NCBI GenBank assembly: GCA_965240325.2
Contig: OZ251222.1
Coordinates: 2,418,001 to 2,482,000, forward strand
Direction: 5' to 3'
DNA from: Rebecca billardiae RCC1528
Taxonomy: Eukaryota > Protista > Haptophyta
Length of the DNA: 64,000 nucleotides
Each line of letters opens with the position of its first letter. Within the stretch, counting starts at the first letter, position 1. Positions 32,882-45,509 of this stretch are shown one piece after another. Made by a program: the position numbers and the translations under genes. The notes under the pieces were generated by a model. The model was not told the DNA's origin. It searched no databases and was given only the letters and a program-made list of their open reading frames with translations.

Positions 32882-33688
32882 TCATGTAGTTGCCCGTGTC
32901 GTCGTCGTCCGAGGCTGTTCAAGTTGATGCCGTAGTGCAGGTAGTGGATGTGGTCGCCCGGGCCGGTGTGCGCGGCCTAGTGGCCTTGCCGAGTTGAGGG
33001 AGTAGTCGCCCTTGCCGTTGAGGAAGTCGTCGTCCTTGCCGTTGAGGAAGTCGTCGCCCTGGCCGCAGAGGAAGTCGTCGCCCTTGCCGTTGAGGAAGTC
33101 GTCGTCCTGGCCGCTGAGGGTGCCTGCGCTGCCCAACCGGGCGCGTCTGGCGCGCCAGCGCCGCGCGCGGCTCTACGCCAGCGACTGCGGCGCGGCGGCA
33201 GCCAGGTCACGGGGGGGGTCGCCGAGGGACGCGGTGCGAGCCTGCTTGGCCGGCTTGGCGTCGCTCCCGCCAGCGGAGGAGGGCCCATCCTCCTCCGCCG
33301 GCGTGGACGGCTCGGTCGCCGCGCGCTTGCCGGCTGCCGCGGCGCCGGGGGGCAGGACCAGGCGGTAGTTGGACTCCCCGAGCGCCGGCCTGGCCTGTTG
33401 CACCTCGGGCCCGTCCGACGGCGCGGCCGCGGTTGGTGGCTGGGGTGGCGGGATGGCATCGTCCGAACCCTCCCCCTCGGGCTCCTCCGCCTCCGGGCCG
33501 GCGGGGTCCGCCGCCTGTTGGTCGGCCGGCTGAGGAGCAGGGCGGCGCGCAGCGGCGGGCGGCGCGGGCGGCACAGGCGGCGCGGGCGGCACGCCCCACA
33601 GGTTGTGTGGGACGCGGGCGGCGCCGGCGATGCGGCGGCTCGGCTTGAGCGGCGCGAAGAAGATGGGGTGCTCGGGGTCGATGGGCAT
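32882..33688 (-). pseudogene. Pro/Ala-rich ORF with one in-frame TAG and DDFLNGK octapeptide repeats; likely body of a family Y element
   Basis: ORFs ending 33173 and 33136-32882 share a frame separated by a single TAG; 24 bp tandem repeats at ~32990-33120; abuts repeat Y. Confidence 0.4.
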
Positions 33689-34014
33689 GAAACGCAGGCG
33701 GACTTGATTGCTACAAAATGATTGTCGTACTGGTAAGGCGGGAAGGGTATGAGATTTTCGCTCGAGATTATTGCTCGCACCTGCCATTTCGACTGCAGAG
33801 AGCAACCACACCGCTCATTAAATACAGAAGCCGGAGGACTTGGGTGCAGTGCGGTAATCGTGACTTTACTATTATATTCACTTTGGACTATCATACCAGC
33901 TTACCGGCTGACAATGATGCACTCGGCTCAGGCAATAATAATCACACTGGAGATCCAGCTCTCCAGTTCTTCATCCGCCGGTTCGTCGCGTGGATCCTGG
34001 CCCTGCGCCCCACG

Positions 34015-36748
34015 ATGCGGAGGTTGCGACGACCGCGGCTCAATGCCTCGCCGGTCGCGGCCAAGAATGCGCCCATCGTGCCAGAAGGCGCGGACACTGT
34101 CTCCGCGCCGGCTGACCGCATGCGCTCGGAGAGTGAGGACGACCTCAAGCGCGTGGCGCCGCCGCTGTCGATCATGTGCGTTTTCCTCGACCGCCAGGTG
34201 GAGGAGGACTTTCGTGAGACGGTGCTGCGCCCAGCGATCGTGCGTGGGCTCGTCCTCATCCTCGGCGCAACAGCCGTGTTCTGCTTCAGCATCTGCGTCG
34301 TGACCATCCTCGGTCGGGGCGTCGGCGTCGTGCAGATCGCGCTCCTCGTGCTCAGCGCCGTGTCTGCACTCGTCTCCTGGCTCGTCTGGCACCGGCGCGC
34401 CGCGCTCCCGTGGTCGGTGCGGGTGTACGAGATGATCTGCACCTTGTGGTTCTGCGTGATCAGCGTCTTCGTCTCGAGCATCTCGCGCGTCTCGCGCTTG
34501 CCCGGGAACGCCCGCGAGGGCGCGGACCTACACTCCCCCGACCGGGTGGCGTACATACGCGGCGTCCAGTTCATTCGGCAGGCACTCGTGCTCTTCCTCG
34601 CGCTCGGCCTGGCGCCCGTGCAGCTGCGCCACCTCACGCTGGTCGCGGCGCTCAACTTCGCGGCGCTGCTCATCTTCGAGGCCGTGTGGCCAATGTATGG
34701 CTTCGCGCTGCCCGTCGACTACATGATCTTTGCCTTCATGGGCATCGTGCTCGTCCTGCTGCGGCGCGGGAGCATCCGCACGGAGCGCAGCGAGTTCTGG
34801 CTGATGCGCTCGACGCGCGAGGCGCTGCGCGCGCGCCGCGCGGCGGAGGCGCTCGAGGCCGAGGAGCGGATCCACGCCGCCTCGGCCGAGGCGGCGAAGG
34901 AGGCGCGGAGCCGGCTCATCCGCACGACGATGCACGACCTGCGCACGCCGATGCTCTCCGTGAACAACCTGGCTGTGATGCTGCACGCGCTGCCGGCTGC
35001 GACGCGCTTGGACGCGCAGGTCGTACGCGAGTCGCTCTCGACGCTCGAGCTGTGCTCCAGTCTGATGGAGCGCATCGTCTCGGACATGCTCGACTTTGAG
35101 CGCATCGACCAGGGCCGCATGCTGCTCGTCTACCAGCCGTTCCGGCTGGGCGCGCTGCTCGAGGCGGGCGAGCAGCTGCTCGGGACGCTCGCCGAGCGCA
35201 AGGGCGTGAGGATGGAGCTCGACTGCCCGCCCGAGCTGGCGCGCGTGTGGCTCCGCGGCGACTTCCAGCGGCTGCTGCAGTGCCTGCAGAACGGGCTGTC
35301 CAACGCGGTCAAGTTCTCGGACGGCGGGCGCGTCGTGACGCTGCGTGCGTGGCGAGGTGCGGACGAGGACGTCCTGCGGGCCGATGGAGGCGGCGACGAC
35401 GCGGGCGGCGGTGGCGGCGGTGGCGTCAGCGGCGGCGGCGGTGGGAGTGGCGCCGGCGGCTCGCGCCCGTCCTCCCCTCCGACGCCAGCGCGCACCTCGC
35501 ACGCCTCGCACGTGAGCGGCGGCGCGGCCGAGCCGGGCACGCGCACGGTGATTCACGTCGCTGTCGATGACCAGGGCATCGGCCTCTCGCCGGACGAGCT
35601 GGCGACGCTGCAGCAGGGCTCGCTCTTCGCGCAGGTGGGGCGCGGGCAGCTCCAGGGCAACGGCGGCACGGGCCTGGGCCTCGCGATCACTCGGCAGATC
35701 CTCAAGCTGCACGGCGGCTCGCAGCTCCGGCTCAGCTCGGCCGGGCCGGGCAAGGGCATGCGGTTTGAGATCATCATCTCGTGCGACGAGCTCCTCGCAG
35801 GGCCCGGCGGCTTGCACCCGTCGCAGCGCACGGGCAGCAAGCACTCGCACAACTTCGGCGGCGACTTGGACGTGGGCGCCCGCAGCACTCGGAGCGGCTC
35901 TTACGGCCGCGCCAACAGCGTGCACTTCCGAAGCGGCTCGTCGACGTTGACCAGCCCGCGCGGCAGCGCCATCCCGGACCACTCTGCGCCCAAGCACGAG
36001 GAAGGCGAGGGCGACCCGTCGGCCACTCGGAGCGCCAACGCGCAGCCCGTCTTCCCGCCGGGCTTCCGATGCCTGCACGTGGAGGTAGGCTCGCCTTCCC
36101 GCCGCGGCGCGCTCCCCCGCATGCGAATGCGCGCACTGCACCACGTGCGCCGCTGATGATCTCGCTCCGCCCCGCCTGCGCTGCCGGCGGTGCGCGGCGG
36201 CACCGCGTGTCGCAGGATGACGCCTTCCTCCGCATGACGCTCCCGCCGCGCATCTTCGCGCCACTTGGCGTCGAGTACGACGCGGCCACCGACGGTAGCC
36301 ACGCCCTCGAGCTCGCCGCGAAGACGGATTACGCCGTCGTCCTGATGGATAACCAGGTGCGGGCGCTGGCGAGGTGCCGGCGGCGCGCGTGCATTCACAC
36401 GTGGTGTGTGGCATGCGCTGGCGGGGCTGGTTCTCACAGCCGCCTTGCTTCCTCCGCACCTGCCCGCGCGGCCTCCACGCGGCCCTCCCGCAGATGCCTG
36501 TCATGTCTGGCATCACGGCGACGCGTCGGCTGCGCGAGCTCGGCTTCAGCGGCAGCATCATCGGCATCACCGGCGATCCGATCGGGTCGCCCGAGCGGCG
36601 CGAATTCGAGGCATCGGGCTTGTCGTGCTGCGTGGACAAGGGCAGTGAAGGCGTGGAACGCGTCATCGAGATCATCCTCAGCTACGCCATCGCCATGGAC
36701 GCCGGCGAGGAGCCATCTGACAGCGGTGTCGACGACGACAGAAGATGA
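34015..36748 (+). CDS. Membrane-bound hybrid histidine kinase, HisKA-HATPase-receiver (exons ~34015-36084, 36216-36356, 36494-36748)
   Basis: About six TM helices; H-box TMHDLRTPM, N-box NGLSNAVKF, DQGIG, GGTGLGL; spliced receiver CLHVE|DD..VVLMDNQ|MPVMSG..IIGITG..VDK. Start codon uncertain. Confidence 0.93.
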
Positions 36749-36942
36749 TGTGATGATTACGAGCGCGTGCTCTGCAGTGATTGTCCCGACAGGTACACGT
36801 AGTCGTCTAACAGTCCGGAGTCACTGAGACTGAGTTACAGTGAGTATTGATCGACGGTCTAACACGTACTACAGACAGTGTTCATCACCGTACATCAATG
36901 ACCGCCGCCATAGGACTACTATATTTATTATTGCCGCCTATA

Positions 36943-37214
36943 GTGATGCCGCCTTTAGTATACAGTTTACTACGACTATGTTTTAACGTGCACACTCGTG
37001 CCCGTGGTAATAAGGCGTGATTGACGCCATCCAACCAACACTGCACAAAGACACCGCCACAAAACAGACCGGCGCAGGCAGGTGAGGGGCGCGTTGCCGC
37101 CAGTGTTGACTGATGCGGCATTGCCGAAGTAATTGTTAGATACTCAGCATGTATACATTAGCTGTCGTATTAAAATATTGCCTGATCATCAACACTACTT
37201 AAAGGCGGCATCAC
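36943..37214. repeat. 15 bp inverted repeats enclosing family X copy 2 (36961-37100, minus strand)
   Basis: GTGATGCCGCCTTTA (36943) / TAAAGGCGGCATCAC (ending 37214); interior matches 24874-24993 inverted. Confidence 0.75.
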
Positions 37215-39298
37215 GTACTACTATAATATATTTAACGACGTGGCAGCATCGGACAAGCGTCAGGCTCAGAGTGCAACAGACACTAAGAATATATATTAAA
37301 TGACGACGACGACTATGATGGCGCATCCGACGAATAATAGTTAATACGAGATTCATCGTCAGCGGATATTGAACATATCCCCCTGCAACAGAAGAAATAG
37401 GAGGCTCAGTCCCGTATCAGACCTATGCCATAGGACAAGATCACACCAGAGCGCCAGCGCCTCCCAACCGGTCCAGACCTCGGGATTTGCCAGCCCAAAC
37501 CCAAAACTCTCCTCAGGAGAGTTTCCGGGTGGAAATCGGGGCGCCGCGCTCCCGGACTCAGCTGAACGCCGCCGCCGCCGCCACCTCGCTCGCGCCTACC
37601 GCCGCCAGGGCGAGGCCGCGCGATGTCCAGTAGAGCTTCCGATGGGACGCAGCGGGGCGGTAGCGAGGCGGTGAACTACTGTAGCTTGCGCGTGGCGCAG
37701 CGCTTCGCGCCCTCGCACCTCGAAGGTCAGCTTGAGGCCCGCGCGAGCACGAGCTTGCGCCGCCGCCGCATTCAGCCAGAGACATGGGCGCCTTGCCTGC
37801 CGAGGCAGCAGAGAGGCACGCACGCGCGGGAAGCCGCTGGGCACCATGGCGCGCGCCTACGACCGTACTGTAACATGGCTCACACCTTCCTGGGATGCGC
37901 GCCTCGGGTTGCTCTCAGCGCGCGCATACTTTGCGGGGATGACAGCACGGCTGAAGTGAGAGGCGGCGCACACGTCCGTGCGGGCTCAAGGCGCGGAGAA
38001 GATGGGCAGACGCGAGTCGCCCGGCGCAGGGCGGCGCAGAAAGGCTCTATGCCTCTGCCCGACGGCGTGCGCCATCGCCGCGTGCACGTCTACGACCACG
38101 GCGGCGCGGCAGCCGGCGGCGCCTCGCGGCGGATGGCTGTGGCGGCGCACGCGGCGCACGCGGCGGGTTTTGAATTTCCGAGTTTCCCAAATCCTGAGGT
38201 CTGGACCGGTTGGGTTCTGCGCGTACGATCATCGGCGTGGCTGTATCGTACACACAACTCAACCGGCTATTGGCACACACCGTCTCCGCCTGCCGCCACT
38301 GCTACTGCGATCGGGCGCGCGCGCGCGCACGCGCGCGTGCGCGCGCGCGGTTGTGGGACAACCGGCGTCCAGGGACGGCCCCACAACCAGCACATGACAG
38401 CGTCAGTTGCTCGCCCCTGGCAGCCGAGCGGCGACCCTGGGCACGGACGGCGCAGGCGAGTGCTCGCGCCGGATGCCCGCGCCGCCGCCCGCACCGCCGC
38501 CCACGCCGCCAGGCGCGTTGCTGCCCGTGGCACACCGATTCTGGGGCGGGGCGAAGAGAGGGCAACCGCCATTGTGCGAGCGGCCACTGGACCTCCCACG
38601 ATGGTGGCGGCCGTCCTTGTGGACGATGAGCCCACGAATCCAAGAGCGTGCGGGTCGAGCGTCGCGTAAATCAACTGCGGCACACGCATGGCGTGTCTAC
38701 AGGTGCGATACCATCCACGCACGCGACATGGCAATATGTTCCGGCTACCTCCGAGGCTTGCTCTACATGCGCGCCGATGCTCGATCGCAACCACCTGACG
38801 ACGCGAGCGACCCGCAGCGGCTTGCGCGCGCAGCCCCGGCGTGACGTACAATGCCATGCTTGGCGAGGACCGAAACGCATTGTGGATGAACCGCATACGG
38901 CCCCGGCCGAGCACAGTGAACCACGATGTGTGAGCATCAAGCTGGGGGTCATCTAGAAGTGCCACATGTCGGTCGGCGTTGCCGCTGTGGAGTCGCAAGG
39001 CGGCAACTGACCCGTGACCGCGATGGCTTCACGCGCTCGTCCATCCGTGGAGCCCAAAACATGCGGTGGTGGTCGAAAATCACAACAAGCTCGCTCTGGC
39101 GGATGGTGGTGACACTGCTAACGACCCCTAGGTGCAGTCGTACCATTCGGCGGCAATATATTATGAGAAAATGTCGTCTACTGAGTCGTCCCTGATGATG
39201 GGGCTGTCCTGTCGTCTGTCGACCTGTGGTGCCATAGGACGGAGTGATAGGACCCAGTCCTATGGCACAGGACAGCACTCAGCAGTGGGATATCCGAC

Positions 39299-40825
39299 TC
39301 AGAAGCCGCGCAGTAGCCGCGGCGGCAGCCCGGCGTCAAAGTAGCCGTCGTCGTACGAGTCGTCGTGATCGTCGTCTGCTGCTTCGGGGCATTCATCCCT
39401 CGCGTACGCACCGCCAGAGCCGCAGTAGTGGTCGTCCTGCGTGCGGAAAGAGGCACCAGCGCACGCATCGCGGCAGGGAACAGGCCAGGCCGGCGGGGTG
39501 GGCAGCGGCACATCGTCGGAGCGAGCGAGCGCAGATGCGGCCGGGATGATCGCGGCACACGGAGGGGGTGATCATCAGCGCATGCATGCGTGGGGGCTCG
39601 GGCAGGCTCCACGTGCGAGCGCCGGGGGCATGCGCTGCGCTCGGGATGCGACGCACCTGGAAGAGGCCGACATACGCGCTTCCATCTGGCCAGTTGTACG
39701 TGCCCCAGCCGTGCTTGAGGTCGTCCTGTGCGTGTCCACAGTCCGCACGCATTCAATGGGGGTGGAGGGTGGATGGGTCGCGCGAGTCACGGCGTTGCAT
39801 CGTCGGGCGCATTGCCCCACGCGTGCAGGCCAGCGCTCCGCTCCGCCGTCGTACCTCCCACTCGCCATCGTACGAGCTGCCGTCCGGCCAGATGAAGGTC
39901 CCTGTCCCGTGCTTCTTGTTGCCCTGCTCGCCGTGGCGGTGGGCATGGATGGGGTTGGGCACGCGCGTGAGACGCGCCCGGAGCGTGGGCACCTCGTGCG
40001 GACTGCGGGCGTGTTGAGCCCGCCAGGCGTCGCTCTAGCCGCGAGGCCGCCATATCCGCACCTTCCACTGCCCGGTGTATTTGCCGCCGTCCGCCCAGAT
40101 CTGGGTGCCGAAGCCGTGCTTCTTGTTGTCCTGCTCGGAGGGGCGTCCGGCGCGTGCCAGGCGCGTGCGCATGTGATTGCGCCCGCCGCGTGGGTAGGTG
40201 CGCACGCCGAGTGGTACGCATCTCGATGATGCCGGCCCGCACGCACCTTGAGCTCGCCCTCATAGTGGCTGCCGCTCGCAAAGATGCCATAGCCGTAGCC
40301 ATTGGCGACGGTCGCGGCCGCCGTGCCGCCCTGCGCATCCACGTACACGATGAACCCACGGCCCGGATGCGTGAACTTTGGATCGTTCGGGTGACGGATG
40401 TACGCAAAGAGCCGGCCCGACCTGACGCCCGCCACTTCCTTGCGGCAAGGCATGGACGCCGCCCAGCGGACAAAGTTGTCGATCGTGCCGGCGAGGATAA
40501 GGTGGCCGTAGGCTGTGTGCTCGCCGTAAACCCAGTAGGACTTCTCCCACTTCGCAAGCTCGCTGTGGTGCAGGCCTAGGTCGTCGTTCAGGATGATCAT
40601 CCCCCAGCCCAGCCTCTCGCCCTCCGGAAAGCCCTCGAGCAGCGTGCGCGTGAGCCCGGCGCCCAAGTATGCGCCGTGGTCGGCCTCGAGACTCACCTTG
40701 ATGATCGAGATGGCCTGCAGGTCATCGAAGCCGCCCTGCGGCGTGACTGCTTTCGAGGCGAGGAAGAGCGCGCGCGAGCACATGTCCAGGTACACGTCCT
40801 TCGCCTGATGCAGTTGCTCCGACAT
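39299..40825 (-). CDS. MORN-repeat protein (exons 40825-40247, 40130-40062, 39923-39855, 39725-39657, 39436-39299)
   Basis: Repeats NGYGYGIFASGSHYEGELK, DNKKHGFGTQIWADGGKYTGQWK, GNKKHGTGTFIWPDGSSYDGEWE, DDLKHGWGTYNWPDGSAYVGLFQ; all junctions GT-AG, phase 0. Confidence 0.9.
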
Positions 40826-41093
40826 CGCGTCGAAGAACGCGCACTCGCGTGTTTCGGGTTTCGGCGGACGGCTGCCACCGGTCACGCACTCACGCGACGA
40901 CGGCGGAGAGTCGCTTCCGCCAATGAGAAAAAGCCGCGACGATGGCGAAAATGTTGCTGAGGTTGGACGGTTGGTGGCCGCTTCGAGGAGGCACGCGCCC
41001 GGACGGGGACGCTCCTTCCCGCGACGTTTTCCGTCTCGGTCCTGCTACTAGGCTGGGCTGCCCGGCTGACTGGCTGACCAGTGACTTGCTTGG

Positions 41094-43580
41094 AGAGCAG
41101 CCCACAGCGGAATAAGGGGTTGGCCACTGCCGCGCGCCCTTCGGGCGGGAGGGTTGGCCACTGGCGCCGCAGTGGCCAACCCCCCCCCCGGTGGCCAACC
41201 CCCCTTCGCCGCCGACGGAGCGCTCCGGGGGCGGCGCGGGCGGTTCGGGTGGGCCCACCCGACCACAATGACCCGCGCCGGCCACCGCAACGCCGCCTCG
41301 CGACCCACTTCGCGCCCCGCGGGCACCTCGCAGAAGCGCGCGGCCCCACTGTGCTGGCGGCGCGTGCCCAGCGCGCGCTGCCGAGCGAGTGTGCGAGGAT
41401 GGCGCGGGTTCTCCGCGGCGCGGAATGTCGGGGATGATGCAGTCGGCCGTGTCGCTGTGCAGCGCCAGGTCGCCGGCAGGTTCGCGCGCTGTCACGACGC
41501 TGCCCACCACCGAGCGCGGATCCTGCGCTGGGACGGCCAGCTGGGTGCCTTGGCGAGTGCGGCGGATGGCGAGAGGGATACGGGCGCGCTCGACCGTCGC
41601 GAGCGTGGAGAGGAAGCACGTACCTGCGCGCAAACCGCGCCACCTTGAGCTACCGATCGTTCGCATGCCATGCGCCTTGCACGCGTCTTTTCTTCTTGCC
41701 CTTGCAATGGCGTCGAGACCTTGACAAGACTACTCGTTAGAGTAACTACTCAGGCATGGCATGACAACAGCCACGTGCGCAGGCGTTGCATACAGATGTA
41801 CACAAGTTGATGCGCCCACACACAACCCGAAGACTCCGATTCATCGCTTCAAGGCGCTTACGGTCGGTTGGTTCATCTCCATCGCATGCATGGCTCGTGC
41901 AGGCTGATTCGCACTCATCAACAGCCGTCTAAAGCTGCATCAAAACGCACGATCGGTGGCTCAAGGCGGCGCGGCTTGCGACATAGATATGCTTCCTCGC
42001 TCATTCTCAGCTCGTGTCCCGAGATGATCGCATCGCGCGCCAGGCGGGCGCACACGGCTGAGGCCGGCGCGGACTGCTCATTCTGAGGCGACGCTTGCAT
42101 GCGCGCTGATCATAGGCGCGGCCAAGTCGACGAGGAGCAAGCCGCGGGGAGCAGAGAGCAGTATGACGAGCGCGCTTATGCCACGCAAGCAACGCGCCGC
42201 CTTCGCACGGCAACTCTACGGCCGCAGCGCCTCACGCCTCGCGCGCGCTTAACGTGCGTAATATCAGGACAATTGGAAACAAAAAGAATAAATAAAACTG
42301 ACGAAAAGTCGAAAACTCGCCGATTTGTCAGGCGGTGTCACACACTCGCACAGACATGCAGCTAGATGAGCAGAGCGGCAAGCGCGCACGCGGCCGCGCA
42401 GGGCACACCGGGACGACTACATCACCGTCGGAGCACTCGCCAGGCCCAGCCGCTGAGACGGCCGCCTGATGACATCTAGCCCTGCACTCTCGCCCCTAAC
42501 TAGGGGCGGAGTCCGGCGCAGCACGGGCCCATGCGAGCTGCCGCACGGCGCAGGTGGATCCCGCCGCAGCAGTTCGATCGCAGTGCTGGCGGAGCTCTGC
42601 CCACCAACGCCGACTTAATTGTCGATGATGACGATCGAGCACTGCCGACGACAAATAAAGAGACCTGCGCCGTCGTATACCTGTGTCGTTATATATATCA
42701 TAGAATCGGTCTGTTACCACACAGTTGGGCGGTCGCGGCAGCATGTACTCAGTACTGCTGCTACTCATGTGCCGCAGCCAGCAAGCCGTAGCTGCTAGTA
42801 CTGGTGAGTGCTGGCAACGGTACCCCGAGCGCGACTCAGCAGGCACCCCTCATACCGTTCCAGACCGGCCTGCCCGCAGAGTCTGCGACACCTGAGCACC
42901 GACCGACGGCAACCGTGCGCACGGCAAGCTGAGCTCAGACTGAGTGCCCGGGTCGGCTTGTCGCCGTGTGCTCGTGTGGCCAGTAGCGCGTCAAGTGTGC
43001 CCAGCTGGACGAATACCATGGTGAGCTTGCGCGCAGGTACGTGCTTCCTCTCCACGCTCGCGACGGTCGAGCGCGCCCGTATCCCTCTCGCCATCCGCCG
43101 CACTCGCCAAGGCACCCAGCTGGCCGTCCCAGCGCAGGATCCGCGCTCGGTGGTGGGCAGCGTCGTGACAGCGCGCGAACCTGCCGGCGACCTGGCGCTG
43201 CACAGCGACACGGCCGACTGCATCATCCCCGACATTCCGCGCCGCGGAGAACCCGCGCCATCCGCGCACACTCGCTCGGCAGCGCGCGCTGGGCACGCGC
43301 CGCCAGCACAGTGGGGCCGCGCGCTTCTGCGAGGTGCCCGCGGGGCGCGAAGTGGGTCGCGAGGCGGCGTTGCGGTGGCCGGCGCGGGTCATTGTGGTCG
43401 GGTGGGCCCACCCGAACCGCCCGCGCCGCCCCCGGAGCGCTCCGTCGGCGGCGAAGGGGGGTTGGCCACCGGGGGGGGGGTTGGCCACTGCGGCGCCAGT
43501 GGCCAACCCTCCCGCCCGAAGGGCGCGCGGCAGACAGACGCCGGCAGTGGCCAACCCCTTATTCCGCTGTGGGCTGCTCT
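41094..43580. mobile_element. Non-autonomous long-TIR element A (2487 bp), 3 bp TSD TGG, PIF/Harbinger-like
   Basis: TGG|AGAGCAGCCCACAGCGGAATAAGGGG ... CCCCTTATTCCGCTGTGGGCTGCTCT|TGG; near-perfect ~540 bp TIRs (41094-41633 / 43027-43580). Superfamily inferred from the 3 bp TSD and AGAGC terminus. Confidence 0.9.
42640..42712 (+). repeat. Diverged 3' fragment of family Y inside element A
   Basis: GAGACCTGCGCCGTCGTATACCTGTGTCGTTATATATATCATAGAATCGGTCT aligns to Y GAGAGCTGCGCCCTCGTGCCTGTGTCTTTAAATCATAGAATTGGTCT. Confidence 0.7.
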
Positions 43581-44384
43581 TGGGCCCTTGCTTGGAGAGC
43601 GGCCGCCAGCGGAATAAGGGGTTGGACACCCACGCGCTCTCCCAGTGCTTGGAGGGTTGGACACCGAGCCGCCGGTGTCCAACCCCCCGCCGGTGTCCAA
43701 CCCCCCTTCGCCGCCGACGGAGCGCTCCGGGGGCGGCGCGGGCGGTTCGGGTGGGCCCACCCGACCACAATGACCCGCGCCGGCCACCGCAACGCCGCCT
43801 CGCGACCCACTTCGCGCCCCGTGGGCACCTCGCAGAATCGCGCGGCCCCGGTGCAGGCGGCGCGCACCTGCGCGCGCGCTGCCGAGCGAGTGTGCGCGGA
43901 TGGCGCGGGTTCTCTGCGGCGCGGAATGACGGGAAGGATGCCATCGTTCGTGTCGCCGCGCAGCGCAAGGTCGCCGGCAGGTTCGCGCGCTGTCACGACC
44001 CTGCCCACCAGCGAGCGCGGATGGCTGAGCCGGGCCGCCAGCTCTATGCCTTGGCGAGTGCGGCGGTTGGCGTAGATGCGCCGCCCGCAAGCGTCCTCGC
44101 GCACGTCCATCTTGGCATACGTCCCGCATGACACTCTTGACGCGCTACTGGCCACACGTCGCCGGCACTTCGACAACCTGAGCCGCGGGCATTGTCTGAG
44201 CTCCTCGCCATGCGCACGGCCGAGGTTGGTGCTCAGCAGGCGTCGCAGACTCTGAGGGCAGGCTGGCGGTCTGGAACGATGCGGGGAGCCTGCTGAATCG
44301 CGCTCGGAGTACCGTCGCTGGTCAGCACTGACCAGTACAAGCAGTCATGCTACAACGTTTGGTGCCAGCGCTAAGGTCGGGCGG

Positions 44385-45230
44385 CCCACAGGTTTAGTCG
44401 CTGACCCGGCACAGCCGTGACGACTTTGTCTCAGCCCGCACGCCCGCTACGCGCCGAGCCGGGCAGAGCCCATCCGCCCATGCATGCACCAGGCCCAGCC
44501 GCGTAAGCGCACGCATACCCACCTGGTCGCGGCACCGCTGACCGGCGGTGCTCTGTGCGGCACGGGGTCGACGCGCCCGGCGGTCGGCGCGCATGCACGA
44601 GCCAGCCGACGGGCAGGTCTGGGATCCTTTTCGGCGTGGAGCGCCGTCGTGTGGGCTGCATGAAGTCAGCTGGCCCCCAGCTTTTGCGCATTCGGGAGTC
44701 GTGCTGCTACGGTGGGCTTGCCGCGCGCCAACTCTGCGACGCTGGCAACAATAGGCGACGACGAAACTGCGCTTGCAGCCACACGCAGCCCATTTTCATT
44801 TTGATGCCCTCGGAGCAGGCTCGGGCATGCACTCGATCGGCTCTGGCTGACAGCAGCGCCAAGCTGGCGGCACGGCGCGAGGATGTATGCGTGGCGTCGG
44901 TGGCGTGGGCAGACCGCAGAGCTACGCCGCACACGCACCGCGCGCCGCGCGGTTGCCGGTTCAGCGCCACGGGGGCTACAGACACCCGGCGGCACGCAGG
45001 CAGGTCTGCTCGCCGCCAGTCGGGCTCGCCGGCCGCCGGGTACCTAACTTCAATCAACAACGACCAAGGATGCACACCCACGCCTATTGGCGAGGACTCG
45101 AGCTATCGGGTCCGGGCACACCTCAACTGCACTCGGCGACTCGCCGCCGCACCGCAGTGAAGCAGTGTCGCCAAAATACGCCCAGGCTACAGTAGCATGG
45201 TGTCGAAAGCGAACGTGTCAGGGGCTAATA
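44385..45230 (-). repeat. Diverged solo copy of the 794 bp repeat, nested in element B
   Basis: Colinear with the reverse complement of 4054-4847 (e.g. CGACTTTGTCTCAGCCCGCACGCCCGCTACGCGCCG; GCAGGTCTGCTCGCCGCCAGTCG); ends degraded. Confidence 0.9.
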
Positions 45231-45509
45231 AGTAACAAGTTACGACATATACGATTATTGCTGTACTACTTTTACGACAGCCAACTGAGTAGCTAGTATA
45301 TATATATACTGTACAGTGAATAGTGACGGCGCTACCATCGGGCCCGGATCGGCGACGGCTGCTTCATGGGCGGTGGCAGTTGTGAGTTGGCCGGGCGTCG
45401 GACTCGGAGTCGATTTCGCCTGCCTACTGAGTAACTGAGCTGTAAGTGCGCCTATGTAAAATGATATGACCGCGTTCCGCGGTCCTTCCGTAGAACCAAC
45501 GTAGTTAGA

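Noticed and set aside
37620-39280. Possible PP2C relics (MGRRE, VYDHGG; ALLDD..TSWFTV) and a hairpin at 37503-37523
   Set aside because: Motifs are short, in different frames or strands, and lack the DGHGG consensus; cannot support a call.
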